This document shows positions 28,535 through 37,969 of a DNA stretch of 57,464 nt, in pieces. Under the pieces are notes generated by a model that saw nothing but the letters and a program-made list of their open reading frames with translations, had not been told where the DNA came from and searched no databases. Source of the stretch: Clostridiales bacterium DTU073. GTDB lineage: Bacteria; Bacillota; Peptococcia; DRI-13; DTU073. The position numbers were made by a program, and so were the translations under genes. Location: NCBI GenBank assembly GCA_001512665.1, contig LFSF01000049.1, forward strand, positions 794 through 58,257, read 5' to 3'. The stretch's first letter is position 1. Each line of letters starts with the position of its first letter.

Positions 28535-29575
28535 TCAATAATCTATCCGCAAACCGCGAGGAACAACAGCAATCCAAGTAGGTCCTTCCAACAGAGGAAC
28601 TATCTTACCTTGTTTATCAATAAACTCTGTAAATCCACCCGGAGTTTTCTTCCAGCGGCCCTCAATAACCGTCCCCTTACGAAATATTAGTGCTTCACCC
28701 TCACCATGCATAATTAACTGCAAATGTCCATCACCGTCAGTGTAACGAAACGGAACAATTTGAATAATCACATTAGCAACCTTTAAATGCTCTCCCAAAT
28801 AAGTCAAATGAGGCTGATTGTCTTCTATATAACGATAAAAAACCCCTTGCTCCTCATGATAAGAAAAGCTAACCGCACTACTCTTATGAGCATAATAAAT
28901 ATTGATATTCTCCACTTTATTCCCCTGAATTTCTTCTTCCCAAGAAAGCAATGGTCTCTGCGGAGATAAAGTAGCAAAATTTAATTTTAACTTTTTAATA
29001 GTATGACGTAAAACATCAGAGCTTGTAAAAAGATTATGCGGTTTTTCCCGATCGGGAATTCGCCAAAAAGATGAAGCTACTTGCACTCCACCGTTTATTT
29101 CATCAAAATGTTCCAGTGTTCCTTCTTCTAAGATTTTTAAAGCGTCCTCCGAACCCCCCGCATGAATTAAAATTCCCTTATACTCCTTGGCCAAATCAAC
29201 GATATAAGGTCTCGCACTACGGATAGGTCCAATCAAATCCATATCATCGATATTAATTACAGCGACAAAGCGGGTCAATCCACCTTCTACAGGAAATTCA
29301 ACAACAACATCTGCTCTTTCCAGTCCAGCTTGAGGTCGTGCTTTCACTGAATTATCAATAACTACGACAAGTGCCCTTTGCCGAGGTTTGTCCTTCCATC
29401 CGGCAAAGGGGTATTCTTGATCTCCTTCTATAATATTCGGATTATCTTCTGTTTCTTTATTATGTAGCGTTTTTTCACCTCTAAAATATGGATGAGCAAT
29501 ATTAAATGTTACAGACCCCAGCAACACACTTAGAAAAAAAGCTAACAGGCTCCAGATAACATATTTCTTTTTCAT
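28535..29575 (-). CDS. DUF3048 (YerB-like) membrane-anchored protein
   Basis: IDN...ARPQAGL..AD, VEGGLTR, GPIRSAR, PHNL, G.TWI. Confidence 0.88.
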   Translation of the reverse strand: MKKKYVIWSLLAFFLSVLLGSVTFNIAHPYFRGEKTLHNKETEDNPNIIEGDQEYPFAGWKDKPRQRALVVVIDNSVKARPQAGLERADVVVEFPVEGGLTRFVAVINIDDMDLIGPIRSARPYIVDLAKEYKGILIHAGGSEDALKILEEGTLEHFDEINGGVQVASSFWRIPDREKPHNLFTSSDVLRHTIKKLKLNFATLSPQRPLLSWEEEIQGNKVENINIYYAHKSSAVSFSYHEEQGVFYRYIEDNQPHLTYLGEHLKVANVIIQIVPFRYTDGDGHLQLIMHGEGEALIFRKGTVIEGRWKKTPGGFTEFIDKQGKIVPLLEGPTWIAVVPRGLRIDY

Positions 29576-29599
29576 TTTTTACCCCTCTATCACTCAACT

Positions 29600-30853
29600 C
29601 TACTCCACTTTTCTTAAACGCAGTTTTTCTATTCTTCTACCCATAATTTTTTCTACTTTAACCTGAAGATTTCCTATATATAATTCCTCTCCTTCATTAG
29701 GCAATCTTCCTAAATGATGAAAAACAACACCGCTGATAGTATCATATTCATCATCAGATAAATCGATCTTAATTTCCTCATTAATTTCGGAAATAGAGGT
29801 GCGGGCATCAACAAGAAATGAACCATCTTCCATCTTTTTTATCGCCTGTTCTTCACGATCATATTCATCCTGGATTTCACCAACTATTTCTTCAATAAGG
29901 TCTTCAATCGTAGCGATTCCCGCTGTTCCACCGTATTCATCTAGAATGATCGCCATATGTACTTGTTCCTTACGTAATTCCGCAAATAAATCACGTACCT
30001 TTTTACTTTCGGGAACATAATATGCCGGTCGCATTAATTCCTTTAAGGTAATTTTTTCTCTTGCCGGTTCAAAAAAGATTTTCAACAAGTCTTTAGCATA
30101 GATTACACCAATAATATTATCAACTGTTTGTTCATATACGGGAATTCGAGAATGTCCAACTTGCATGATTAATTTAATAGCATTCTCTAAAGTATCTTCT
30201 ACCTCTAACGCATGAATATCAATCCTGGGAACCATGACTTCACGAACAAGAGTATCATCGAATTCGAAAATACTATCAATCATCTCTCGCTCATCTTCGT
30301 CAATAAATCCTTCTTCTTCTCCTACGTTAACCAACATTCTCAATTCTTCTTCGGTGATAAACTGCTTCTCCTTAACCGATCCATCTACTAATTTAACCAG
30401 CATATTCGTAAAGGCATTTAAAACGTAAATTAGCGGTGATAAAACTTTACCTAGTTTATCGATAAAACCACTTGTACGTAAAGAAAAATCCTCAGGTCGT
30501 CTGGCGACTAAAGTCTTAGGGGTAATTTCCCCAAAAATTAAGATTAAAACAGACATTACAGCCGTAGCAATTCCTGCTCCGGAGCTTCCAAAAAAAGTAA
30601 TGGCTAAACTGGTAGCTAACGCAGTAGAACCGATATTTACAACATTATTACCAATGAGAATTGTAGAAATAGGTCTGCCCGGCTGTTCTAACAAACGTCT
30701 CAACAAGATAGCCCGTTTATTTCCTTCTTCAGCTAGATGCCGTATTTTCACCTTATTTGCGGAAAAAATAGCAGCTTCCGATGCCGAGAAAAAGGCAGAC
30801 AAACATAATAAAACAATAAGAAAAATTAATTGAAAAACCTGTGCTTGCGACAA
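29600..30853 (-). CDS. CNNM/HlyC-CorC family transporter (DUF21, CBS pair, CorC)
   Basis: SAFFSASE, TILIGNN, FGEITPK, HSRIPVY, DEYGGTAG, EEIVGEI.DEYD. Confidence 0.95.
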   Translation of the reverse strand: MSQAQVFQLIFLIVLLCLSAFFSASEAAIFSANKVKIRHLAEEGNKRAILLRRLLEQPGRPISTILIGNNVVNIGSTALATSLAITFFGSSGAGIATAVMSVLILIFGEITPKTLVARRPEDFSLRTSGFIDKLGKVLSPLIYVLNAFTNMLVKLVDGSVKEKQFITEEELRMLVNVGEEEGFIDEDEREMIDSIFEFDDTLVREVMVPRIDIHALEVEDTLENAIKLIMQVGHSRIPVYEQTVDNIIGVIYAKDLLKIFFEPAREKITLKELMRPAYYVPESKKVRDLFAELRKEQVHMAIILDEYGGTAGIATIEDLIEEIVGEIQDEYDREEQAIKKMEDGSFLVDARTSISEINEEIKIDLSDDEYDTISGVVFHHLGRLPNEGEELYIGNLQVKVEKIMGRRIEKLRLRKVE

Positions 30854-30864
30854 AAATTTCCCTC

Positions 30865-31344
30865 CTAAATACTAATGGCACTAGATAATGAGTTCATAAT
30901 TTCCTTTTCCATTTTTCTCATTTCTTGAGTTTCCAGTTCCTCTTGATGATCATAACCTAAAAGATGAAGCATGCCATGTACGGTTAAAAAAGCCAGTTCT
31001 CGAACAAAACTATGCCCGTACTCCTCGGCCTGCTTCTCAACTCTTTCCAAAGAAAAAACAATCTCCCCTAATAAATGAATCTGACAACAATCAGAGGGAG
31101 TTGTCTTCGCTCCCTCAACTTCTTCATCAAATGCAAATGATAACACATCTGTAGCCTGATCTATACCCCGATAATCTCTATTTAAATCTTTAATCATTTG
31201 ATCATCAACAAAAGTAATACTTACTTCTGTTTCTTCTCCCAAATCAAAGCGACGTTCGATTTCCCGACCAACAAGATTAAGCACTTCCTGATGTTGAGGA
31301 GTGATCGTTATTATTTTCTGTTGATTTCCCCAAACTATCCTCAT
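30865..31344 (-). CDS. ybeY: rRNA maturation endoribonuclease YbeY
   Basis: LNRDYRG.D..TDVLSF, HGMLHLLGYDH. Confidence 0.98.
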   Translation of the reverse strand: MRIVWGNQQKIITITPQHQEVLNLVGREIERRFDLGEETEVSITFVDDQMIKDLNRDYRGIDQATDVLSFAFDEEVEGAKTTPSDCCQIHLLGEIVFSLERVEKQAEEYGHSFVRELAFLTVHGMLHLLGYDHQEELETQEMRKMEKEIMNSLSSAISI

Positions 31345-33469
31345 TGCTTAAAGCTCCTCCCTTCATCGCCTCTAAAACACTATCCGGATATTCAATACGA
31401 TTATGAAAGATACCATTTAAAATGCGGGTAAAAGCATTAGCGATTAAATCCAAATCCTTAAAAGTAAGTGGTGATTCTTCTAATTGTCCATCCTGCAAAC
31501 GTTCCTTAATAATCTTTCGTACAAGTCCTTCGATTTTACCGCTACTGGGTACAGGCATCGAACGTACAGCCGCTTCAACACTATCAGCCAGCATAATAAT
31601 AGCAGCTTCTTTAGTTTGAGGCTTAGGAGCATTATAACGATAATCTTCTTCCTTCACGTTATCAGAGTTCCCCATTTCTAACGCTTTATGATAAAAATAA
31701 GCAACCAAACCTGTACCGTGATGCTGAGCTATTAAGTCCATAACAACAGGAGGAAGATTATGCTGACGAGCTATTTCCAAACCATCCTTAGGATGTGAAG
31801 TGATAATCAAAATGCTCAAAGGAGGAGACAGTTTTTCATGGGGGTTATCTCCACCCATTTGGTTTTCGATGAAAAAATAAGGTCTTTTTAATTTACCAAT
31901 ATCATGATAATATGCTCCAACCCGAACCAACAAAGAATCTGCCCCAACAAGATCAGCCGCAGCTTCCCCAAGATTACCCACTAAAATACTGTGGTGATAT
32001 GTTCCCGGAGCTTCAATTAAAAGTCTCTTTAAAAGTGGTTGGTTAGGATTGGAAAGTTCTAAAAGCCGAGCATTGGTAGTTATTTTGAAGCCGGACTCTA
32101 AAAACGGCAAACTGCCATAAGCTAAAATTGAAGAGAAAATCCCGTTGATTATGCCAAAAGAACTGCCCACTAGCAATTCCGGCCATTGCTCATTGTTCAT
32201 TAAACCTAAAGAAAGAATACAGAGTAAATTAGCAATAGCAATAAAAACCCCGGCTTTCACCCAATCAAAGCGCTGATGGAATTTCCCTACCGTATAAATA
32301 CCAACTAACCCACCAATAAAGGCATTAATAACAAAAGGTAACTGATTTCCTGTCAATATTCCGATAAAAAAGCTCAAAAGAATTGTGGCAAAAATCGCCA
32401 ATGTCGTATCCAGAAGTATGGCAATCAGCATGGAACCTGTCGCCACAGGAATTAAATAACCTATCATCTTGGCAATTTCCGGGTTAGAGCTTATATTAAT
32501 TGCGGAAATTACTTTCGCCAAAAGTAAAACGAGAAAAACAAGTAAACCTAGCAGCACTAAATTTATCTGCTTGTGATATAAATCCTTACGATACTGTTTG
32601 ACATAAAAATTGGTTAAAACGAAAGAGAACAACGTAAAAATAGCAACTCCTAATAAAGTAAGGTAAGGGGCAACTGTCCTTTTAAAACCTAGTGCCTGCA
32701 ATACTTCCATGTGTTCTGCAGTAACAACTTCTCCTTCTCCCACAATCTTCTGACCCTTCCGCACCGTTACCATAACGACTCCTTCGTTTTGGGATGCTTC
32801 TTGTTTGGCTCTAAGAGTTGCGGCTTCATCCTTACGATAATTTGCCTCAAATTCGATTTTATTAAATACGGCTTTTAAGAGATTTTTATAAGGAACAGTA
32901 ATATTTAATAAATCAATCTGTGTGTATAGCTTTTCCTTCTTTTCCTTAACTTCAAAATCTCTTACCCCTGTTGCCCAATGTGTCTTTAAAAGACTGGCCG
33001 CTTCTAAATACAAAGAATTCAGAGTATCACTATCCAAGGAAACTAACGCCCGTACAGTCCCTTCCTGAAGGTTGTATTCTTCCTGAAGAGTCTGCATTTT
33101 TTCTATATTACTAAATTCAGTACTATTCAAAAAGGAAATCAATTCATCAAAACAGTTTTTTAAATCTTGATCCATACTGGCCAGAATACCGCTGTCCAAA
33201 ACGTAAACTTCCTCAATTCTTTCTTCAGCTTGTTTCCTGCGTTCAGCAGTTTTTTTCGTATCTTCAAAAGTTATAGTCTGCGGAGCTTTAATCGTAGTAG
33301 GAGAAACCTGTCCCTCTTTTACAGGTAAATCATCAGGAAGAAAATGGAGCGCAAATATACAAAGTATTCCCAAAAAAAATAATGTAAACCAGCCTATTTT
33401 TTTAATTCTACTATTATTCCAAGCAGTAGTTTCTTTTAAAAATGGAACCTTTGATTTTGAGGTAGCGAT
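31277..33469 (-). CDS. pgpH: 7TM-HD phosphohydrolase (PgpH-like c-di-AMP phosphodiesterase)
   Basis: Extracellular domain, 7 TM segments, APGTYHHS, YYHDIGK, QHHGT, MLADSVEAA; frame is open to a probable ATC start at 33469. Confidence 0.88.
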   Translation of the reverse strand: MATSKSKVPFLKETTAWNNSRIKKIGWFTLFFLGILCIFALHFLPDDLPVKEGQVSPTTIKAPQTITFEDTKKTAERRKQAEERIEEVYVLDSGILASMDQDLKNCFDELISFLNSTEFSNIEKMQTLQEEYNLQEGTVRALVSLDSDTLNSLYLEAASLLKTHWATGVRDFEVKEKKEKLYTQIDLLNITVPYKNLLKAVFNKIEFEANYRKDEAATLRAKQEASQNEGVVMVTVRKGQKIVGEGEVVTAEHMEVLQALGFKRTVAPYLTLLGVAIFTLFSFVLTNFYVKQYRKDLYHKQINLVLLGLLVFLVLLLAKVISAINISSNPEIAKMIGYLIPVATGSMLIAILLDTTLAIFATILLSFFIGILTGNQLPFVINAFIGGLVGIYTVGKFHQRFDWVKAGVFIAIANLLCILSLGLMNNEQWPELLVGSSFGIINGIFSSILAYGSLPFLESGFKITTNARLLELSNPNQPLLKRLLIEAPGTYHHSILVGNLGEAAADLVGADSLLVRVGAYYHDIGKLKRPYFFIENQMGGDNPHEKLSPPLSILIITSHPKDGLEIARQHNLPPVVMDLIAQHHGTGLVAYFYHKALEMGNSDNVKEEDYRYNAPKPQTKEAAIIMLADSVEAAVRSMPVPSSGKIEGLVRKIIKERLQDGQLEESPLTFKDLDLIANAFTRILNGIFHNRIEYPDSVLEAMKGGALSNEDSLGKSTENNNDHSSTSGSA

Positions 33470-33483
33470 AACAATCTCCTCCT

Positions 33484-34473
33484 TTAATTAACCAATTCCG
33501 TTCCCGTTTTCTTCTTCTTTTGCTGAAATTTTTCATAAGCTAAAACTATCTTCTGTACTACAGGATGCCTAACTACATCTGCTTGAGTCAAGTATTGAAA
33601 ACTTATCTTTTCTATACCTTTTAATATTTGCTGCACTTCTACCAAACCGGAATTAGCTTCTTTAGGTAAATCAACCTGAGTTACGTCTCCTGTGACCACA
33701 GCTTTCGAACCAAAGCCAATTCGTGTCAAAAACATCTTCATTTGCTCTGGTGTAGTATTCTGAGCTTCATCCAGGATAATAAACGAATCGTCTAAGGTCC
33801 TACCCCTCATATAAGCAAGAGGAGCTACTTCAATAATAGATTTCTCCATATACCGACGAGCGGTGTCAATACCTAATACATCATATAATCCGTCATATAA
33901 AGGTCTTAAATAAGGATTTACTTTTTCTTGTAAATCTCCCGGCAAAAAACCAAGTTTCTCTCCGGCTTCTACAGCGGGACGTGTTAAAACGATTCTATTT
34001 ACTTCCTTATTTTTCAAGGCGGATACAGCCATCACAACTGCCAAATAAGTTTTTCCCGTACCGGCCGGTCCGATCCCGAAAGTAACATCATTTGCTTTAA
34101 TAGCTTGTACATATTGATATTGACCAATCGTTTTCGGTTTAATTTGTTTACCCCTAGCCGTAACTTGAATAACCTGATTCAAGGCTTCCGTAAGACGACC
34201 GCCTTTTCCTGCCGTAACAACCTGAATACAGTAATTTAGATCTGGAATAGAAATATTATTACCTGCTCTAATTAACTTAATTAATTGATTAAAGACCTCA
34301 CTAACCAGCTCTACATCTTCTTCACTTCCGGAAATTTGTATATTACCACCACGGGCAACTATTTTCGCTCCTAAATGACTTTCCAAAAACTTTAAGTTTT
34401 CATCCTGTAAGCCATATAATACTGCTGCTTCCTGATTGCTTAAACTAAAATGCCGTTCTTTAATGGCTGACAA
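33484..34473 (-). CDS. phoH: PhoH family ATPase
   Basis: GPAGTGKTYLA, RPAVEAGE.LGFLPG, YMRGRT, DEAQN. Confidence 0.97.
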   Translation of the reverse strand: MSAIKERHFSLSNQEAAVLYGLQDENLKFLESHLGAKIVARGGNIQISGSEEDVELVSEVFNQLIKLIRAGNNISIPDLNYCIQVVTAGKGGRLTEALNQVIQVTARGKQIKPKTIGQYQYVQAIKANDVTFGIGPAGTGKTYLAVVMAVSALKNKEVNRIVLTRPAVEAGEKLGFLPGDLQEKVNPYLRPLYDGLYDVLGIDTARRYMEKSIIEVAPLAYMRGRTLDDSFIILDEAQNTTPEQMKMFLTRIGFGSKAVVTGDVTQVDLPKEANSGLVEVQQILKGIEKISFQYLTQADVVRHPVVQKIVLAYEKFQQKKKKTGTELVN

Positions 34474-34593
34474 ACTCTCGACCTCCCAATAGGTTTAACA
34501 AATAATATACCTTAACAATGTCACATTTGCTACTCCTGTTCAACTTATTATTATATCACCTTATTTTTATTATTGTTTATTTATTTTGTGCCC

Positions 34594-35814
34594 TTACTGT
34601 GCATATTGCTGATATATGCCTATATCTTCGATTGTTTCCAGGACATACCTCACCGCTACTACCCCTTTTTCCTTAACAGTTACAGGCTCAAAACTCTGAG
34701 AAATTATCTTATAATCAGCAGGCAGTTGCGACCACAAAAAATCTTGAGTTCTTCTGGCTGCCTCCTGATAAGCACCTTCTATACCCCAATCCCTAATCTC
34801 ACAAATTTGCTCTTTATAAACAACACTTATTAATTCGACAGGTCCTAATAGATTCCTGCCCTTATACACAAAAAGCGGCTTTGCCTGTCGAACCATGCGG
34901 TAATTACTGAACGGGATTTCTTTTGTTCCTTTTAAATAGATTTCCTTATCTCTAAATTTTAATACAACTACACTTTTTTCTATACCTGTATCCCAAATCA
35001 ATTTTTCCCGAAGTGCACATTTTTCCACATTACTCCGTCTAACCCGGGCGCGCACAACTCCTTTTGCTCTCACAATCTGCGGTTCTCCGCTAGGACAAAG
35101 TTCACCTGTTTCAGAAATAATTATTTCAGGATAGACCAATCCTAAAATCAACACCTGCCCTTTTTTGACCCGATCCCCTTCCTGTACTTGCGGACTACCT
35201 TTTAACACTAGTAATTCTTCTATTATCCCATCTTCCCGCGCAATTAAATTACCGGGCATGTTTTCTTCATCTGTAGAGGGAAAGGTCTTTTCCGCTACTT
35301 CGATCACAATTTTTGTTCCTTGTACCTCAATGCCAACCCAAGCAAGCTGTGTAAATTCAGAAAGCAGCTTTTCGGCAATCTTGTTTTTCTCAAAACTAGC
35401 TAAATGTACCCCTTTTTTCAAACCGTATTCTTCCGCTTTAGCCAAAATAAGCTCTGTAGAAACCAGCTCATTACCTTTTACCTCGATAATCCAAACAAAA
35501 GAACTTAACAGATATAAAGCCAAACAAAAAAAGAAAGTACCCAGAACTAATACTTTTCTTCTTTTAGCTCGCATTAAGAAAAAAGGCATCCCCTTTTTCT
35601 TAATAATTTTCACTTTACAAGACGAACTTCTTACTAATAAACGTAAAGCCTTATAACCACCTAAACTAACCTTTAATTGATAGTGCTTATCCTCAGCTAG
35701 ACGAATGTCCCAAATAGAAATGCCTCTGCTTAAAGCCATATTTATAACCCGTTCCGGATTTGTTCCCCATAAAGATATTTCCACATACCCTGATATACCA
35801 GAAGTCCATTTCAT
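34594..35814 (-). CDS. yqfD: Sporulation protein YqfD
   Basis: GYV....G..PER.IN, LSSFVW.IEV.GN, WVGI...GT, V..GD.VKKGQ.LI; synteny. Confidence 0.93.
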   Translation of the reverse strand: MKWTSGISGYVEISLWGTNPERVINMALSRGISIWDIRLAEDKHYQLKVSLGGYKALRLLVRSSSCKVKIIKKKGMPFFLMRAKRRKVLVLGTFFFCLALYLLSSFVWIIEVKGNELVSTELILAKAEEYGLKKGVHLASFEKNKIAEKLLSEFTQLAWVGIEVQGTKIVIEVAEKTFPSTDEENMPGNLIAREDGIIEELLVLKGSPQVQEGDRVKKGQVLILGLVYPEIIISETGELCPSGEPQIVRAKGVVRARVRRSNVEKCALREKLIWDTGIEKSVVVLKFRDKEIYLKGTKEIPFSNYRMVRQAKPLFVYKGRNLLGPVELISVVYKEQICEIRDWGIEGAYQEAARRTQDFLWSQLPADYKIISQSFEPVTVKEKGVVAVRYVLETIEDIGIYQQYAQ

Positions 35815-35824
35815 AATATACCTC

Positions 35825-36079
35825 CTAACGGTGATACATTAGTCCGGAAATATCTCCATCCAGGCATATTTCATCTGTAGTTATATTACAAATTTCCAAA
35901 TCCTTGCCGGTAATTTCAATTTCTCCAGTATTTACCGAAACTCTGATTTTCCCGGTAGTGTATTCAATAATACCTCGATGATTCTCAATCACCAACTGCA
36001 AATTACCAATGAGCGTGACTTTAGGTAAATTATAGATAATTTCTTTGGGCAGCTCTAAAAAATGGGTTATTTTTTCCAT
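35825..36079 (-). CDS. yqfC: Sporulation protein YqfC (YabP family)
   Basis: LELPKEI...LPKVTLIG...IENHRGIIEY. Confidence 0.93.
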   Translation of the reverse strand: MEKITHFLELPKEIIYNLPKVTLIGNLQLVIENHRGIIEYTTGKIRVSVNTGEIEITGKDLEICNITTDEICLDGDISGLMYHR

Positions 36080-36102
36080 CTATATCCCCTCACTTACCTA
36101 AT

Positions 36103-36132
36103 AATTTATGCCCACATTCCCAAAAACAGAAC
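36103..36132 (-). promoter_or_regulatory. Candidate SigE-type promoter for yqfCD
   Basis: -10 CATAAATT; -35 poorly defined; yqfCD is SigE-dependent in B. subtilis. Confidence 0.4.
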
Positions 36133-36140
36133 AAAAAACC

Positions 36141-36360
36141 CGTTTGATTGCGAGATACAGCTGAACAGACTTTACGATGGGGAGGTGATAAAGCAGAGAA
36201 ACTAACAGGATGTTAGTTTCAACACTCGCAATAAAGAGGTCAGGGGACACACCGCTTGTTTACAAGTCGACCTTGTCGCGGAATGTCCCCAACGTATACA
36301 TCGAGTGTTCTGCTTTATCCCGAACCAAGTTTAGTCTGTTCCTGTATTGAGCACAAAACG
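36141..36360. other. ~220-nt multi-stem palindromic non-coding element (structured RNA or MITE-like repeat)
   Basis: Nested complementary pairs CGTTT/AAACG, ATACAG/CTGTAT, GAACAGACT/AGTCTGTTC, GATAAAGCAGA/TCTGCTTTATC, AACACTCG/CGAGTGTT, GGGGACA/TGTCCCC, plus side hairpins. Confidence 0.75.
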
Positions 36361-36900
36361 TTAAAAGGTATACGGCATATTTCTGCGCCGTAAAGCCTTC
36401 GGTTTCTGTAAAATCTCACTCCAAATAACAGCCTGTTTTAAATCTACTCCTGTGAACATTGACCCTTTCGCATTAGCAATTTGAGGCTCTCTGTTCACCG
36501 CAACAGGATTAGATTTAGTATAAGATTTACGGTCTATTTTTTTAGCTCGTCTAATGGGAACTACAGGTTTAACTTGTTTAACTCGATCTGTTTGTTCAAC
36601 TCGTGTTACTTGCTCTGTTGGTTCACTGCGTAGTTCCTGTTTGCTGGAGCGTTCTTCCGCAAGAAATTCTTCAACCCCTAAAAACTTCCCCAGAATTTCC
36701 TCTAAGCTTTCAAGTTCTGTGTCCCCTTTTCTCTTCTCCAGCGAAGGGCTCTGCTCTTCCTGTAGATACGGCATACCAGCCGGTTGCTCCATCTTCCGTG
36801 CTACTCTTCTCCGCGGAGAAGTTCTTTCCTTGCCTCGCTGTTTATCTTTTGCCGAACGATAAACAATATAAAGAAAAATTAATAAACCTATAAAATCCAA
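36361..36900 (-). CDS. YqfB-like hypothetical membrane-anchored protein
   Basis: N-terminal TM, charged linker, LKQAVIWSEILQKPKALR tail; follows floA. Confidence 0.8.
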   Translation of the reverse strand: MDFIGLLIFLYIVYRSAKDKQRGKERTSPRRRVARKMEQPAGMPYLQEEQSPSLEKRKGDTELESLEEILGKFLGVEEFLAEERSSKQELRSEPTEQVTRVEQTDRVKQVKPVVPIRRAKKIDRKSYTKSNPVAVNREPQIANAKGSMFTGVDLKQAVIWSEILQKPKALRRRNMPYTF

Positions 36901-36948
36901 GGGGCCTCCCCCCTTCCTTTTCTGTAAGTATAATTACCGCTGCCTAAA

Positions 36949-37938
36949 TTATTTTTTCTCAGATTCACTAGAATTTGGTAATGTTTGTTTAGCAATAGAA
37001 TCTCTCATGGTCGTATCTGCCAAGATGTTTTGCAAGTGATAATAATCCATTACACCTAATTTGCCTTCACGAAGAGCCTGAGCCATAGCTTTGGGAACTT
37101 CTGCTTCCGCCTCAACAACTTTTGCCCGCATTTCTTGAACTGAAGCAACCATTTCCTGTTCTCTGGCTACAGCAAGCGCACGACGCTCTTCTGCTTTGGC
37201 TTGAGCAATACGTTTATCTGCTTCAGCCTGATCAGTCTGTAACTCCGCACCAATATTTCTTCCCACATCTACATCCGCAATATCTATGGAAAGGATTTCA
37301 AAAGCAGTTCCCGCATCTAAACCTTTATTAAGAACAGTACGGGATATTAAATCAGGATTTTCTAAAACATCTTTATGTGATTCTGAACTACCAACTGTTG
37401 TAACAATACCTTCCCCAACACGGGCAATAATCGTTTCCTCACCGGCGCCACCCACTAAACGATCAATATTCGCTCTCACAGTAACCCTAGCCTTAGCCTT
37501 AACTTCGATTCCGTTTTTCGCCATAGCCGAAACAACCGGAGTCTCAATTACGCGGGGATTAACACTCATTTGGACAGCTTCCAAAACATTACGTCCTGCC
37601 AAATCAATCGCCGCAGCACGCTCAAACTTTAAAGGAATATTGGCCCTTTCTGCAGCAATTAAAGCATTTACCACCCGATCAACATTACCTCCCGCCAGGT
37701 AGTGAGCTTCCAGCTGATTGGTACTTACAGCTATCCCTGCTTTATCAGCTTTAATCAAGCTGTTCACAATTAAAGCAGGCGGTACCCTTCTAAAACGCAT
37801 TCCCACAAGCGTAAAAATTCCAATCCTTACTCCTGCCGCCAAAGCAGAAATCCACAAGCCTACCGGAATAAAACTAAAAAGCACTGACAGTAAAATTATA
37901 GCTAAAGCAAACATCATCAATATTGCTATTGAACCCAT
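36949..37938 (-). CDS. floA: Flotillin-like protein FloA (YqfA)
   Basis: [45 protein letters not shown]. Confidence 0.97.
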   Translation of the reverse strand: MGSIAILMMFALAIILLSVLFSFIPVGLWISALAAGVRIGIFTLVGMRFRRVPPALIVNSLIKADKAGIAVSTNQLEAHYLAGGNVDRVVNALIAAERANIPLKFERAAAIDLAGRNVLEAVQMSVNPRVIETPVVSAMAKNGIEVKAKARVTVRANIDRLVGGAGEETIIARVGEGIVTTVGSSESHKDVLENPDLISRTVLNKGLDAGTAFEILSIDIADVDVGRNIGAELQTDQAEADKRIAQAKAEERRALAVAREQEMVASVQEMRAKVVEAEAEVPKAMAQALREGKLGVMDYYHLQNILADTTMRDSIAKQTLPNSSESEKK

Positions 37939-37969
37939 CTAAAAACTCCCCCTTAATATATTTTAATTA

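Noticed and set aside
36141-36360. 6S RNA or tmRNA/SRP identity for the structured element
   Set aside because: Branched side hairpins, no clear central bubble, no dedicated promoter, no tRNA-like ends and no SRP loop motif
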